Shown piece by piece: positions 31,101 through 42,404 of a stretch of 64,000 bases of DNA. The notes under the pieces are model-generated. The model was given only the letters and a program-made list of their open reading frames with translations. It made no database searches and was not told the origin of the DNA. Within the stretch, counting starts at the first letter, position 1, and each line of letters begins with the position of its first letter. The translations under genes were made by a program, and so were the position numbers. The DNA comes from Nitrospirota bacterium (GTDB lineage: Bacteria; Nitrospirota; UBA9217), in contig CAWFSF010000002.1 of the NCBI GenBank assembly GCA_963818475.1, positions 288,001 to 352,000 on the forward strand, in the 5' to 3' direction.

Positions 31101-31479
31101 TGTGCTTCGTATAATGGCTGTAGACGAATTTGTAGTTTTCGAGGGCGTTGCCGATGAGGCCCTTTTCCGCGTTCATATCGCCGAGTATGATATGAACGTC
31201 GATCTGGGAAGGATCGATGTTCAGGACCTTCTTGTAGAGAGCAATGGCTTTTGAGGTGAATCCGTCGGCGGCAAGAAGGTCGCCGGCCCGTTTATACGCT
31301 TCAACCGCTTCTTTCTTGGAGTCCTTCTTAAGGCACAGGTCTCCTATCGTATTGAAAAGATTGGGATCGTTCGGTGACTCCTTGACGATCTTCTTCCACT
31401 CCGCGATGGCCTTATCGAACTGGCCCTTGGCAGCAAACTTCTGCGCCTCTTTCGCTATCGCGTTTTTGTCGATTGCCAT
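28159..31479 (-). CDS. Large TPR protein with long acidic Pro-rich linker and C-terminal TPR module
   Basis: N-terminal TPR array (NLFNTIGDL, KAIALYKKVLNIDP); E/P/A-rich low-complexity middle; C-terminal THYNLGVSYKEMGLLDDAIAEF. Confidence 0.88.
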   Translation of the reverse strand: MAIDKNAIAKEAQKFAAKGQFDKAIAEWKKIVKESPNDPNLFNTIGDLCLKKDSKKEAVEAYKRAGDLLAADGFTSKAIALYKKVLNIDPSQIDVHIILGDMNAEKGLIGNALENYKFVYSHYTKHKQVAKSLEILQKMADMKPADIALRLRLADMYAKEGMKNEASRAYLAAADVHVSQNAFPDAREIFQKVLALDPDNKAVYQKAGVIYHKEGKFNDACKALKPAFDADPSNQELLELYLESLSKAGRDADAEEIYKKLLSQDPGRIDLRDKLYRLYLAKKDFDKALSEAGAIAAVRIESKEFDAAEEILKGFVAEDPRSIDGRCKLSEFYQNIGKPNNAADELVQAAEILIEDGDREGAKNLLARAVGLAPAHAGAQSRLESLQRPAAPAIEMPHVPAAEPEVPEAIEALEAPAAFETSDSPEAPETPAAPAAAKPSAFEAPPALTEAFAEVEVLMKYGLAVKAIEQLEGLSERFPNSPQVHARLRDLYQEGGNAGKAVEHVLALAALYDREGMSERAEMSLRAALEMFPESTAIRARLGLAPSAAAETEEMPPPVFADDLLTEDPAFQSEHANFDLGGLDAHVEPMDSLAEAPGEAIELGAPELPEPFMTDFAPDEALQYEEAPAVEQPAVEPPVNKPPIQATPAVEQPLSRQLRTEYVPDIAQRQEQPYAASPVEEEPPYEEEQPEPEAAEESLDGGEPLADIDISEVWAEAEFFYQQGLFNEAKKHYARIIQLNPGDMRAIARLTEISREAEESQEFSQLAEAVEDLEDFMPSGSLDGELASSESDEEAVRNLMQEIQTLQKPVPPKRPAAVVPPLEKTLKPAPPRAAAPSPPKTPFSKPAVPRDDRRAAPPAPPAASAEEDYFDLGEELGKMSTPAAAPKPAPPTDDFFDLAAELRDELSTVSVSPQPAAAAEEQTLDDIFEDFKKGVEAQEGKQDADTHYNLGVSYKEMGLLDDAIAEFILTPEGETKFVQSRYLLGLCYMEQGDYQGAITELNNALNYSMTYRGSADERIDMHYDLGLAYQGSGDVESALAEFQEVYNANQGYRDAASKLQDLQQGQYVSMDQLKNDIERDISAKFFQEGEKIERQEKNRKNEKVKQ

Positions 31480-31583
31480 AGTTTTTTAAAATACCATAAA
31501 GCTTCGAGTGGAAGTCAACAGTATCATGGCTTGGGCATCTTATACCTTGATTTTATATATCAATCATGTTACATATGAAAATC

Positions 31584-32103
31584 ATGGCACTTCGAGACAT
31601 TTGCACCTATCCTGACCCCGTGCTCAGGACCAAAACAGCCCGCGTGGGCGCCATCGACAACACTATCAACCGGCTGATCGACGACATGATCGAGACCATG
31701 CATGCAGCTCCGGGAGTAGGCCTGGCAGCGAACCAGGTCGGCGTGTCGCTCCAGCTCGCGGTGATCGACCTGAGCCAGGTGGAGGACGAAGCCCGGCGCC
31801 ATCCGCTCCTGGTCCTGATCAACCCCGAGGTCCTGTCCCTGGAAGGCTCGGTGACCGAGGAGGAAGGCTGCCTCAGCATCCCCGAGTACGCCGAGACCGT
31901 GAAACGCGCGGCAAAGGTCAAGGTGCGGGCGCTCGACCGCTCCGGCAAAAACATTCGAACTGGAAGCCCAGGGACTGCTCGCCAAGGCCCTTCAGCATGA
32001 GATCGACCATTTAAACGGACTGCTGTTCATCGACCGCTTAAGCCCGCTCAAGAAGAACATCTTCAAACGAAGATTCCGGAAGACCTCATCACAGACGGAA
32101 TAA
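31584..32103 (+). CDS. def: Peptide deformylase (frameshift near 31950)
   Basis: [27 protein letters not shown] in the shifted frame. Confidence 0.96.
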
Positions 32104-32130
32104 GATGCTCACCACGGAACCGGGGGGCCT

Positions 32131-33052
32131 ATGAAGCTGGTATATATGGGCACGCCGCAGTTCGCGGTGCTGCCATTGCTCTCGCTGATCGAGGCGGGCC
32201 ATGAGGTCGTGGCCGTTGTCACCAGGATCGACAAGCCGGCGGGACGGGGACGGGCTTTGGCCGCGCCTGCGGTCAAACGAGCGGCGCTTGAGCGCGGTCT
32301 TACCGTATACCAGCCGAAGCGCGTGCGCGAACCGGAGTTCATCGAGACCCTGAGAACACTCGGACCCGAGGCGATCGTCGTTGCCGCCTATGGCCAGATC
32401 CTGCCGCCGGGAGATCCTGACGCTGCCGAAGTACGGGTGCATCAATATCCATGCCTCCCTGCTGCCGCGCTACCGCGGCGCAGCGCCCATCACCTGGGCC
32501 ATCGTCCGGGGTGAGGCCGAGACCGGAAACACCATCATGCAGATGGACGAAGGCATGGACACCGGGGCGATCCTGCTGCAGGAACGCATCCCCATCGACC
32601 CGAAAGATACGGCAGGTACACTGACGGAAAAGCTGTCCCTGCAGGGCGCGAAACTGATAACTGCGGCGCTGCCGCTGATCGCCTCCGGGAAGCTCACGCC
32701 GACTGCGCAGGACAGCTCCGGGGCGACTCTGGCCCCGCTGCTCAAAAAAGAAGACGGCCGCATTGACTGGGAACGCGGGGCGCAGGAGATCCACGACCGG
32801 GTCCGCGGCATGAGCCCCTGGCCCGGAGCGTACACGGTCCTGGACAACAAGATCGTCAAGCTGATCGAGACTGCGGTCGCGGACGGAAGTGCAGAACCGG
32901 GCCGTTTGCTGGAAAAGGACGGGAACACCCTTTTCGCAGGCACCGGCAGCGGCCTGCTGCAGCTCCTGACCATTCAGCCGGAGGGCAAAAAGCCCATGTC
33001 GGCTGCTGAGTTCCTGCGCGGACACCGGGGATATCGCAGGGAAAAAATTTGA
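32131..33052 (+). CDS. fmt: Methionyl-tRNA formyltransferase (frameshift near 32410)
   Basis: YMGTPQFA, VVAAYGQIL, NIHASLLPRYRGAAP, MDEGMDTG, PWPGA. Confidence 0.96.
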
Positions 33053-33055
33053 CGC

Positions 33056-33188
33056 GACAAGCACCAAATCCCATGCACCAAATTCCAAATAAGCTCCAAG
33101 AACCGAAATCACAATAACCAAACGTTTCGGACCTTGAATTTTGGAGTTTGGAATTTATTTGTTATTTGGAATTTGTAGTTTGGAATTT
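33056..33188. repeat. Intergenic 7-mer tandem element with inverted arms
   Basis: caagcaccaaatcccatgcaccaaattccaaat ... atttggaatttgtagtttggaattt. Confidence 0.7.
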
Positions 33189-33196
33189 TAAAAATT

Positions 33197-33970
33197 ATGT
33201 CCGAACCTAAAAAACGCATATTCATCGGCCTCATTGTTTTTACGGTCCTCCTGATCACCGCGATCACCGTGGGACTGTACCTGATCCCCTATATCGGGCT
33301 CAGGAACATCCACCCTCTGGCGCCGACGATCGTCTGCTATACCATGGGCTCCATGCTCGGCCTCCTGCTGTTGGGGGTGGGACTGCTCATCGCGACGCTC
33401 GTCCGGGGCAGGGAGGTCTTTCTTGCCGCGCGGCTCAGGGGCGTCGTCATCGAGGTGCTCTTCCCGATCATGATCATCGTGGGCAGGCTCCTGGGCATCT
33501 CCAAGATGAAGGTCCAGCAGTCCTTCGTTGAGGTGAACAATCTGCTCGTCCGCGCCCGCTGCGCCGAGATCAAGCCGAAGCGCCTCCTGCTGCTCATGCC
33601 GCACTGCCTCCAGTTCAGCGACTGCGAGATCAAGGTGACGAGCGACGCCTCGAAATGCAAGGCCTGCGGCAAGTGCAAGATCAAGGACCTGGTGGAACTT
33701 GCGCAGAAATATGACGTCCACCTTTCCGTTGCCACGGGAGGGACGCTGGCGCGCCGCCGCGTTGCAGAGGCCAAACCTGAAGCGATCATTGCCGTGGCCT
33801 GCGAACGGGACCTCACGAGCGGCATCCAGGACGCCTACCCCCTGCCGGTGATCGGCATTCTGAACGATCGCCCTTTCGGGCCCTGCTTCAATACGAGCGT
33901 CGACATCACCAAAGTTGCCGAGGCGCTCGAATTTCTCGTAAGCGGCAGATGCGAGACCCCGGTTGCTTAA
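33197..33970 (+). CDS. DUF116 family membrane protein
   Basis: Two N-terminal TM segments; LLMPHCLQ..C..CKACGKC, VATGGTLAR, AVACERDL.SG; typical position between fmt and rsmB. Confidence 0.85.
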   Translation: MSEPKKRIFIGLIVFTVLLITAITVGLYLIPYIGLRNIHPLAPTIVCYTMGSMLGLLLLGVGLLIATLVRGREVFLAARLRGVVIEVLFPIMIIVGRLLGISKMKVQQSFVEVNNLLVRARCAEIKPKRLLLLMPHCLQFSDCEIKVTSDASKCKACGKCKIKDLVELAQKYDVHLSVATGGTLARRRVAEAKPEAIIAVACERDLTSGIQDAYPLPVIGILNDRPFGPCFNTSVDITKVAEALEFLVSGRCETPVA

Positions 33971-35295
33971 GGACATCCCGCGGGAGACAGCGCTCACGAT
34001 CCTCTGCCGGGCGGAAGAGGGCATCTTCGTTGATGCCGCGCTTGCCCTTGCCCGCCAGCGGCTCGATGCGCGCGACAGCGCTTTCCTTCTGGAGCTCGTG
34101 TATGGAACGCTCCGGAACCGGGCGCTCCTTGACTGGACGCTGAACCGCTTCTCGGCGAAGCCCGTGGACACGACCGATGCCTGGACCCGGAATATTCTGC
34201 GGCTTGCGGCCTACCAGATGCTGTTCCTCGACCGGGTGCCCGTGAGCGCAGCGGTGAACACCGCCGTGGAACTGGCCAAGGCGCATGGCAACAAACACGG
34301 GTATGTGAACGGACTCCTGCGGGGGTTGGACCGGAAGCGCAGCACGATCGGACAACCGGACCACGCCGACCCTGCAGTGCGCCTGGCCATCCGCTGCTCC
34401 CATCCGCTCTGGCTGGTCCGGCGCTGGGTCGCACGCTACGGGGCTGAAGCAGCCGAGACGCTGCTCCGGGCGAACAACCAGCCTGCGCCGCTTACCATCA
34501 GGGCCAACACGCTGAGAACAACGCGGCAGGCGCTCCGGGCGGCGTTGGAAGCCGAAGGAGTGTCTGTTGCGGAAACGGACGTAGCTCCCGCGGGCCTCAC
34601 CATTCTGGCAACGCCGCAGTGGCTGCGCATGCTTACAGGCCTATCGGGACGGCTGGTTCGTGGTGCAGGACCAGGCGGCCCAGCTCATCAGCCTGCTGCT
34701 CTCGCCGCAACCCGGCGAAACGGTCCTCGATGCCTGCGCAGCGCCCGGCGGCAAGACCACGCATCTGGCGGAGCTCATGCAGGACCAGGGGGCCGTTGTC
34801 GCGCTCGAACTGGATGCTTCGCGCATGGTGAAGATCCGCGAAAACAGCAGACGGCTCGGCATGACGAGCATCGCAACCGTCCAGGGGGACGCGACGTCCT
34901 ATCACGAAGGCAGCTACGACCGGGTGCTGATCGACGCACCCTGCTCCGGCCTCGGCGTCCTGCGAAGGCACCCCGACGGCAGATGGAACAAGGCCGAGCA
35001 GACCGTGGACGAGCACGCTGCGCTCCAGCGGCGGATCCTGCAGAACTGCTCCGGCCTGCTGAAACCGGGCGGCACACTGGTCTATGCAACCTGCACCACC
35101 GAGCCCGCTGAGAACGACGATGTGATCGCGTGGTTTCTCGCCGGGCCGGGAAGCTCGTTTCAGATCGACGATCCCCGTCCCCTGCTGCCGCAAGCGGCAG
35201 CAACGCTCGTGGACAGCCGCGGTTTCTTCCGGACGGTTCCGACCGCGCCGGACATGGACGGGTTTTTCGGCGTTCGGCTGGTGAAAAAATCATGA
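33963..35295 (+). CDS. rsmB: 16S rRNA m5C967 methyltransferase (frameshift near 34640)
   Basis: NusB-like N-domain (ELVYGTLR, VNGLLR), SHP.WL, VQD, LDACAAPGGKT, DAPCSGLG, YATCT, DGFF. Confidence 0.95.
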
Positions 35296-35400
35296 TGCAG
35301 GAAACAGGATGCAGAAAGACAAAAAGTACTTCACATAAACTCCGCTCGCCTGCATCGTGCATCATGGATCCTGAACCCTGCATCATGGATCATGCATCTC
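35292..35400. repeat. Intergenic 7-mer tandem element (GATGCAG / CTGCATC-like) with inverted arms
   Basis: atgatgcaggaaacaggatgcag ... cctgcatcgtgcatcatggatcctgaaccctgcatcatggatcatgcatc. Confidence 0.65.
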
Positions 35401-35454
35401 GTTATTATTGCTCTTGCATCTTATGATTACTCTGGTAAAATACGGCCCTAATTC

Positions 35455-36174
35455 ATGAAGCGTTTCCTGAAAGGCTTCGGCATATTTTTTGTCCTCCTCG
35501 GCATCGGAATCGTCAGTGCGCTTGCCGTTGTCTCCTTCCTGCTCCGGCAGGAGGAGGTGCGGGTGCCTGATCTCACGGGCCAGGATATCGTGACCGTGAT
35601 CGAAACGCTTAACCTGCAGGGGCTCCAGCTCAAGGTCGAGCGGCGCGTGGCAGATCAGCTCATGCCGCGGGACACGGTTATCTCGCAGACACCGCCCGCA
35701 GGCAGCGGCATCAAAAAGGGCCGGCCGGTCAGGGTGGTCGTAAGCCAGGGACCGAGCGACCTGACGACGCCCCGGCTGATCGGCGAGCACTATCGCAAAG
35801 CGGATATCCTGATCAGACAGGCGGGATTCCTCCCGGGCGGCGTCGCAAAGGTTTCCTCGGACACGGTGGAGCGGGACACGGTGATCGCCCAGGCGCCGCA
35901 GGCCGGCAGCCTGCTTGAAAAAGGCGATACGGTCAGCCTGCTGGTTAGTTCGGGGAAAAAGCAATCCACCCTGGCAACACCGCAGCTCGTCGGCAAAAGG
36001 GCTGAGGAAGCAGTACGGGTGATTGAACGCATGGGGCTTCAGCACCGACTGTCCTACCGTGCAGCAGCTGATAAAGGATCGACGTCAACGGGGCGCATGG
36101 TGTTGAACCAGCGGCCTGCTGCGGGCTACCCCATAACGCCGGACGGAATGGTGGAGATCGTCGTGACGCGGTAG
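35455..36174 (+). CDS. Membrane-anchored triple PASTA-domain protein
   Basis: N-terminal TM; VPDLTG..VISQTPPAG..VVSQG; PRLIG..VIAQAPQAG..VSSG; PQLVG..VLNQRPAAG. Confidence 0.9.
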   Translation: MKRFLKGFGIFFVLLGIGIVSALAVVSFLLRQEEVRVPDLTGQDIVTVIETLNLQGLQLKVERRVADQLMPRDTVISQTPPAGSGIKKGRPVRVVVSQGPSDLTTPRLIGEHYRKADILIRQAGFLPGGVAKVSSDTVERDTVIAQAPQAGSLLEKGDTVSLLVSSGKKQSTLATPQLVGKRAEEAVRVIERMGLQHRLSYRAAADKGSTSTGRMVLNQRPAAGYPITPDGMVEIVVTR

Positions 36175-36291
36175 GGGCGGGGCGGTCTCGATGCGCCCGC
36201 AGTGTTCGGGCGCCTCATGGAAATGATGCTATAGCGCTGCGCTATCTTCTCACCACACGCTTCGTGGTAAAACAGCGAAAGGTTGCCGCCA

Positions 36292-36951
36292 ATGACACGT
36301 AAAATCAAAGTAGCGCCATCGATCCTCTCGGCCGATTTCTCCCGCCTGGGTGATGAGATCAGGGCAGTGGAAGCAGCAGGGGCCGACATCATCCATGTGG
36401 ACGTCATGGACGGGCACTTCGTGCCGAACATCACCATCGGCCCCCTGATCGTCGAAGCGGCCCGCCGGTCGACGAAACTGCCGCTCGACGTGCATCTCAT
36501 GATCACGAACCCGGAGCTGTATATCGCGGACTTTGCGAAGGCCGGCGCCGATTATATCGCCGTGCATGTCGAGACCGCATTCCATCTGCACCGGCTCGTC
36601 CAGTCGATCAAGGAGCACAAGCGTAAAGGCCGCCGTAGCGCTCAATCCCGCGACGCCGCTCTCGGCCCTCGATCATATCCTTGCCGACCTCGACATGGTC
36701 GTGATCATGTCGGTGAATCCCGGCTTCGGCGGACAGTCCTTCATCCCCTCGGCCATGGAGAAGATACGCGCAGCTCAGGAAGCGGATCGACGCCGCGGGC
36801 CTGAACATCGAGATCGAAGTGGACGGCGGCGTCAAACCGTCCAATGCCGCGGAGATCGCCGCAGCCGGTGCCGATATCCTGGTGGCCGGCTCGGCCGTAT
36901 ACGGCGCAAAGGATTATGCAGCGGCTATAAAAGCGATCAAAAGACACATAG
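36292..36951 (+). CDS. rpe: Ribulose-phosphate 3-epimerase (apparent frameshifts)
   Basis: [52 protein letters not shown]. Confidence 0.96.
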
Positions 36952-37013
36952 CTGTTTTTGCACTCCGAACTCCAGACTCCGAAGCTCTGAACTTATTTCC
37001 GCAGGAGGTTCCA

Positions 37014-38801
37014 TTGACCATAAAAAAACAGACATCGCAAGTACCCGTAGAGCTCAAGGATGTCAAAGAGCCGATGCTCTACCGCGACATGTTCCCTTAT
37101 TCGAGCGTGCCCCGGGTGGTGTTCGAGGACCGGATGATCCAGACCAGCATCCCGAAGGACATCTGGATCACGGACACGACGTTCCGCGACGGCCAGCAGT
37201 CGCGGCCGCCCTATACGCCGAAACAGATCGTGGACATCTTCGACTTCATGCACCGCATGAGCGGACCGAAGGGCGTGATCCGCCAGACCGAGTTCTTTCT
37301 CTATTCCGAAAAGGACCGCGAGGCCGTCCGCCTCTGCAAGGAGCGGGGTTACCGGTTTCCCGAGATCACGGGCTGGATTCGGGCGAACAAGAACGACTTC
37401 AAGCTGGTCAAGGAGATGGGGCTCAAGGAAACGGGCATCCTCACTTCGTGCTCGGATTACCACATTTTTCTGAAGCTGAACCTGTCCCGCAAGGATGCGC
37501 TCAAGCAATATCACGACATCGTCGTCACGGCGCTGGAGCAGGGCATCACGCCGCGCTGCCATCTCGAAGACATCACGCGAGCCGATTTCTACGGTTTCGT
37601 CATCCCCTTTGTGCAGGACTTGATGAAGCTTGCCCAGGAGTCGAAGGTCCCGATCAAGGTCCGTGCCTGCGACACCATGGGCTACGGTTTCCCTTTCCCC
37701 GGCACGGCACTGCCGCGCGGGGTCCCGGAAATATTCTATGCCCTTATCCACGACGGCGGCGTGCCGTCGGAGCAGCTTGAGTGGCACGGACACAACGACT
37801 TCCACAAAGGCCTGGTGAACGGCGTGGCTGCATGGATGTATGGCTGCGCCGCCGTGAACGGCGCGCTCCTCGGCTTCGGCGAGCGCACCGGCAACACGCC
37901 GGTCGAGGCGATGTTGATCGACTACATCAGCCTGACCGGGGACGGCGACGGCATCGACACCACGGCGATCACCGATATGGCCGAGTACTTCCGCAATGAA
38001 ATGAACTTCCCGATCCCGACCAACTATCCCTTTGTCGGGTCCGAGTTCAACTCGACGAGCGCCGGGATCCACGCCGACGGCATGATGAAGAACGAGGAGA
38101 TCTATAATATCTTCGATACCTCGAGGATCCTGAAGCGGCCCATGGGCGTCATTATTACCGACAAATCGGGCATCGCCGGCATCGCCCATTGGGTAAACAG
38201 CCACCTTCATTTGGATGCGGACAAGAAGATCGACAAGCGCCATCCGGGCCTCGCCAAGATGCACAAGTGGGTCCTTGCGCAGTACGAGCAGGGCAGGACC
38301 ACGAGTATCTCGCACGACGAGCTGCTGGACCGCGCCAAAAAGTATCTTCCCGAATACTTTATCTCCGATCTTGACCGGCTGAAGAAGAAAGCCTCCGAAG
38401 TCGCGCGCCACATCGTAGAAGCTTTTGTCGAGCGGCCGGAGATCAGGGCCATGGACCCGGTGAAACAGGAGCCGGTAATGGAAAAACTCCAGCGGGAAGA
38501 CCCCTTTATCCAGTTCGCTTATGTGGTGAACGCGGATGGAAGAAAGATCACCAAGAATATAACCGATATTGAGAACAAGGCAAAGTTCGAGACTTCCGGG
38601 CTCGGGGACAATTTCTCCGACCGGCCCTGGTTCATCAGCCCCATGAAGGACGGCAAGAGCTTTGTCTCGGATTTTTATACGTCCAAGATAACGGGCGCGC
38701 TTTGCATCACGGTATCGGCGCCCATCGCCGACGACGAAAGCAACATTGTCGGGGTGTTCGGGGTGGATATCCGGTTCGAGGATCTGGTGCGGGCGGAATA
38801 A
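37014..38801 (+). CDS. DRE-TIM metallolyase, Re-citrate synthase-like, with C-terminal Cache/PDC-like domain
   Basis: TTG start after AGGAGG; IWITDTTFRDGQQ, CHLEDITRAD, CDTMG, EWHGHNDF, GFGERTGN, AGIHADG; C-terminal DNFSDRPWF..SDFYTSKITGALCITVSAPI..IVGVFGVDI. Confidence 0.8.
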   Translation: MTIKKQTSQVPVELKDVKEPMLYRDMFPYSSVPRVVFEDRMIQTSIPKDIWITDTTFRDGQQSRPPYTPKQIVDIFDFMHRMSGPKGVIRQTEFFLYSEKDREAVRLCKERGYRFPEITGWIRANKNDFKLVKEMGLKETGILTSCSDYHIFLKLNLSRKDALKQYHDIVVTALEQGITPRCHLEDITRADFYGFVIPFVQDLMKLAQESKVPIKVRACDTMGYGFPFPGTALPRGVPEIFYALIHDGGVPSEQLEWHGHNDFHKGLVNGVAAWMYGCAAVNGALLGFGERTGNTPVEAMLIDYISLTGDGDGIDTTAITDMAEYFRNEMNFPIPTNYPFVGSEFNSTSAGIHADGMMKNEEIYNIFDTSRILKRPMGVIITDKSGIAGIAHWVNSHLHLDADKKIDKRHPGLAKMHKWVLAQYEQGRTTSISHDELLDRAKKYLPEYFISDLDRLKKKASEVARHIVEAFVERPEIRAMDPVKQEPVMEKLQREDPFIQFAYVVNADGRKITKNITDIENKAKFETSGLGDNFSDRPWFISPMKDGKSFVSDFYTSKITGALCITVSAPIADDESNIVGVFGVDIRFEDLVRAE

Positions 38802-38841
38802 CCAAAGAGAATCCCTGATCGGCGCATTATCAGCACACAAA

Positions 38842-38882
38842 ACAGCCGGCGTTCAAAGATGAACGTCGGCTGTACTTTTTTC
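38842..38882 (+). terminator. Intrinsic terminator
   Basis: acagccggcgttca-aaga-tgaacgtcggctgt followed by T-tract. Confidence 0.7.
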
Positions 38883-39194
38883 AGCTTGCGCTAAGGCTGC
38901 ATCCTCTCAGAACAATGGGTTAATCAACACATCCTGATCGGGCTTGTGGTCAAAATGACCACGGGCAGAATGGCTTGTCGCAAAAGAGCGACACTGCAGT
39001 TTTTTGCGCGAGCGCACGTCGCACCGGTCTCTGCTGCATGCCCTGTTTCAGCAGTTCCTCTTTGATTCCCCGGCGAAACGCTCTTCCCCATGCTCATGCG
39101 TTGACCGGTTTTTAATTGACAGAGGTGGTCACCTATGTTAGATTTTTTACGCAGGCGCAACTATCTCAAGATCGATGGTCATCAGGGAGAAAAA

Positions 39195-39935
39195 ATGCCG
39201 CCAAAGCTGGAAGAGCTGTATGAGCAGGGCATGGATGCGTTCAACAAGAACGAGTACGGCGTCGCTGAACAAGCCTTCCTGCAGATCCTGAGCACCAAAC
39301 CTGATTTTGCCGATATCCAGAACAAAATGGGCATTATCTACAATCAGACGAACAGGCTTGAGCTTGCGGTCAAGGCCTTTGAAAAAGCCATCGAATTGAA
39401 CCCGGGGTATACCGAAGCATCGCTGAACCTTGCCGTCACCCTCAGTGAGCGCGGAAAGTATGATAAGGCCCGGGAGGTCTTTGAGAAAGCCGCCCGTTTT
39501 GCCGAGAAACCCGCAGCAGGACCTGCGGACAGGACAACGCCAACAAAGCCGGCCGTCGATCCTTTTGTCAAGGGCAAGCTCGCAGACGAGCATCTGCGCT
39601 TAGGCAAGCTGTACTACGACATGGGACTCCTTGATGAGGCCATCGACGAGTACCAGAAGGCCCTCCGCCTTGCCCCGACCTTCGCCGACATCATTACTCA
39701 GCTCGGAATCGCCCTGCGGGACCAGGGCAAGCAGAATGAAGCGATCAAGGAGTTTAACCGGGCGATCGAGATCAATGCCAATTTCATTCCCGCGCGGCTG
39801 CACCTGGGGATCACCTATTACTCCCAGGGATTCTACGGGCTGGCCGAAGAGGAATGGCGGAAGGCCCTCAAGATCAATCCCGAGAATTCCGCGATCAAGA
39901 CCTATCTCAATTTCGTACGACCTCAGAAATCCTGA
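39195..39935 (+). CDS. TPR protein
   Basis: Repeated TPR motifs (PDFADIQNKMG, NPGYTEASLNLA, PTFADIITQLG, ARLHLG); start could be 39135. Confidence 0.88.
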   Translation: MPPKLEELYEQGMDAFNKNEYGVAEQAFLQILSTKPDFADIQNKMGIIYNQTNRLELAVKAFEKAIELNPGYTEASLNLAVTLSERGKYDKAREVFEKAARFAEKPAAGPADRTTPTKPAVDPFVKGKLADEHLRLGKLYYDMGLLDEAIDEYQKALRLAPTFADIITQLGIALRDQGKQNEAIKEFNRAIEINANFIPARLHLGITYYSQGFYGLAEEEWRKALKINPENSAIKTYLNFVRPQKS

Positions 39936-39949
39936 CCGGAGCATTGCGC

Positions 39950-40911
<962 letters not shown>

Positions 40912-40914
40912 ATC

Positions 40915-40945
40915 GATTGCGGATTGCGGAATGCGGAATGCGGAT
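40915..40945. repeat. 7-mer tandem repeat GA(T/A)TGCG
   Basis: gattgcg gattgcg gaatgcg gaatgcg gat; reverse complement of the tract inside hisF. Confidence 0.75.
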
Positions 40946-41076
40946 CAATGACCATTGACGATCTTAATACCCTGATCCGATTTATGCATTTGCTCGAGAA
41001 TTCGGCCATGCTTGTTCGCGTAATTCGTGCTCGTATATCGTGCGAAATTCTGCTGTCCAGGTTCTCCGTAATAGAT

Positions 41077-42042
41077 ATGACTAACGACACTTCCTCGAAA
41101 TCGACAACGTCTTCAAGACCTTTCCCGTAAAAGCGGGTTTCGGCAGGTCCGCGGTCGCCAAGGCCGTGGACGGCGTTACGCCTGTCCGTGGCTGCCGGTG
41201 AAGTGGTCGGACTTGTCGGCGAAAGCGGCTGCGGCAAATCCACGCTCGGCAGGATCGCGCTGAACCTGATCGAACCCACCGCGGGCACCGTCTCGTTCAA
41301 AGGCCGGGTCTTAAGCACTCTGGACAAGGACGAGCTCCGGTCGCTCCGCAAAGAGATGCAGATCATCTTCCAGGACCCCTTTGCCTCCCTCAATCCGCGG
41401 ATGCGCGTCCAGGAGATCATTGTCGAACCGCTCGTGATCCATGGCCTTGCCCGCACAGACGAGCTGGCGGACCGCGCCGCGGCCCTGCTCCAGAAAGTGG
41501 GGCTTCCGACCGATGCCCTCCGCCGCTACCCGCATGAATTCTCCGGCGGCCAGCGCCAGCGCATCGGCATCGCGCGGTCGCTCGCCAGCAACCCTTCCTT
41601 CATCGTGGCCGACGAACCGGTCTCGGCGCTCGATGTTTCGGTGCAGGCACAGATCATCAACCTGCTCGACGACCTTCGCTCCGAGATGGGGCTTGCCTTC
41701 CTGTTCGTTGCCCACGACCTGAACCTGGTGCACCACTTCTCGGACCGCGTGGCCGTCATGTACCTGGGCAGGATCGTGGAGATCGCAGCCTCCGACGAGA
41801 TCTACCGGAACCCGTCGCACCCCTACACCGAGGCGCTGCTCGCGGACATCCCCGTCGCCGATCCCACGGTGAAGAAGAAAGCACATCCTGCTGAACGCCG
41901 ATATCCCGAGCCCGACCCAGATCCCCCCGGCTGCCGGTTCCACACCCGCTGCATCCACCGCTTCGAACCCTGCGACAAGATCGTGCCGAAAACAACGGAC
42001 CTCGGGAACGGCCACTTCGTGGATTGCCATTTGCGGGGATAG
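41077..42042 (+). CDS. Oligo/dipeptide ABC transporter ATPase, DppF/OppF type (frameshifts)
   Basis: GESGCGKST, IFQDPFASLNP, YPHEFSGGQRQR, ADEPVSALD, GCRFHTRC. Confidence 0.93.
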
Positions 42043-42331
42043 CGAGAAAAGCAGAGAATGAAACAACTGCGGTCTTGAGGATCACTTCGGTACGGTGTGC
42101 GTGGAATGGATGCTGAAGATCTTCTCCCGGCATGTGCCCTGCCCTTTCACTCTTTCGATTTCCTTCATCTAATACATTAGTACTTCCTTTCCTGGATCCG
42201 AAGCTCTTATCCCTGCGCTTGTGAACTTGCACAGATGTATGCCTTCACCACTGACCTGCTTTGCAATTTGAACAATCAGAAAACCGCCTTTTCTCAGGTA
42301 TGCGAATTTAGAAGAGGAACGATTTGCGAAA

Positions 42332-42365
42332 AATCAATCACTTGCATTCTGGCATGGCTGATGCA
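42332..42365 (+). promoter_or_regulatory. IHF site plus sigma-54 -24/-12 promoter
   Basis: AATCAA-TCAC-TTG (42332-42344) followed by TGGCATGGCTGATGCA (42350-42365, GG-N10-GC). Confidence 0.7.
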
Positions 42366-42404
42366 ATATACCTGGCAAGACAAGACGAAAAGGAGGGCAC
42401 GATC

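Noticed and set aside
36819-37013. Apparent Rpe / Re-citrate synthase fusion (ORF 36819-38801)
   Set aside because: Removing one A from the A-run near 36940 restores the rpe stop (TAG 36949-36951), and the downstream gene has its own AGGAGG and TTG start.
40924-41130. 68-aa ORF between the two ABC ATPases
   Set aside because: It begins inside the heptamer repeat and runs into the frameshifted start of the next gene; no recognisable family, at most a decayed remnant.
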